A stretch of 63,874 nt of DNA, counting the filler, from Blastocystis sp. subtype 4 (taxonomy: Eukaryota), in assembly GCF_000743755.1 (NCBI RefSeq). It is 4 parts of 4 records of this genome, joined end to end, with 100 filler letters (N's around TTAATTAATTAA, not from the genome) between each part and the next. Parts side by side here need not be neighbours in the genome. Positions count along the whole stretch, not along the records: positions 49,339 to 63,874 come from NW_014569283.1; 3 more parts are not named here. One strand, written 5' to 3'. Position 1 is the first letter of the stretch. Every line of letters begins with the position of its first letter. Below, one piece after another: positions 63,170-63,874 of the stretch. The notes under the pieces were generated by a model, which was given only the letters and a program-made list of their open reading frames with translations, had not been told where the DNA came from and did not search any database. Made by a program: the position numbers and the translations under genes.

Positions 63170-63874
63170 TTAGCAAGAGGGGAATAGACACTTTCTGGTA
63201 ACAGGCTTCAAGTCATGGAAACATACTTCCAGTCTCTTGTCAAAGGTGTTGTCCAGAACCAAACGACCACTGTGTCCTTCCATGATAATACCTCCGGCGC
63301 AAGAAATCATTGGAGTACCATCAGGAGGAGGAGGAAGCATCTTACTCTCTTCCTCATTCAGACTCACACTCACCTCTACATCCTCTCCACACTCTTCCTT
63401 CATCATTCTTACAAACGTATCACGAGCACAAGGAATAATCTCACGAACCACATCCATATCCACCTTTCTACAACGAACAACGATATCTGGTTCCTCAATC
63501 TTTATCAAACCCTGAATAATAAGATCCTTCAGCACCTCTTTGTATTTCTCCACATCCTTTGTACTCAACTCAGCAAGTCGAGCCTTTGCAAGTCCATATA
63601 ACTTGTTCAAAAGGTCGTCACGGGCCACCATTCGTCTCTTGTTCTGTCTTCCAATCTCTGCAGACTGCGCAATACGTTGTTGAACTTGCAAGTCTTTCTC
63701 CTTCTTCGCATACTCCTCCTGCACTTTCATCTTTCCTTCTTGAGCGATTGTCTGACGATCAATGTCAAACTCCTCCTGAGTCTTGATCTTGATCTCAGTT
63801 GCCTTTTCAATCGCTTCTTGCTTGATGAACTCACACATCTGCTCAATTCGTTTGTCTGTATCAGAAGCACTCAT
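63170..63874 (-). CDS. ATP6V1E: V-type ATPase subunit E
   Basis: IEQMCEFIKQEAIEKATEI...QEEFDI, LIIQGL, CAGGI and LDNTFDKRL; intronless ORF. Confidence 0.95.
   Translation of the reverse strand: MSASDTDKRIEQMCEFIKQEAIEKATEIKIKTQEEFDIDRQTIAQEGKMKVQEEYAKKEKDLQVQQRIAQSAEIGRQNKRRMVARDDLLNKLYGLAKARLAELSTKDVEKYKEVLKDLIIQGLIKIEEPDIVVRCRKVDMDVVREIIPCARDTFVRMMKEECGEDVEVSVSLNEEESKMLPPPPDGTPMISCAGGIIMEGHSGRLVLDNTFDKRLEVCFHDLKPVTRKCLFPSC

Overview
AT-rich, extremely compact eukaryotic nuclear DNA. It has many ~30-nt GT-AG introns, intergenic gaps often under 100 bp and a recurrent TGTTTGTT-type element just past gene ends, which best fits the gut stramenopile Blastocystis (inference). The window is not one locus: three 100-nt N44-TTAATTAATTAA-N44 spacers (19357, 34373, 49239) join four contigs and truncate genes on both sides. 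About 35 protein genes or fragments and 2 tRNAs are supported. They include TOP2, kinesin-14, hexokinase, two acyl-CoA synthetases, Mago, Fip1, alpha-SNAP, V-ATPase E, a Mei2-like protein, a CCT-domain protein, MORN-repeat proteins and a multi-HRM surface protein. The main signals lie in RNA processing. At least five genes appear to have no usable genomic stop and would get UAA from polyadenylation, with an in-frame T exactly 4 nt before a GU-rich element. Two candidate minor-spliceosome (U12) introns, one AT-AC and one rare AT-AG, have unusually short branch-to-3'ss spacing. Fip1 has a GC-AG intron. Gene models were spliced by eye, so starts and exon boundaries are approximate.
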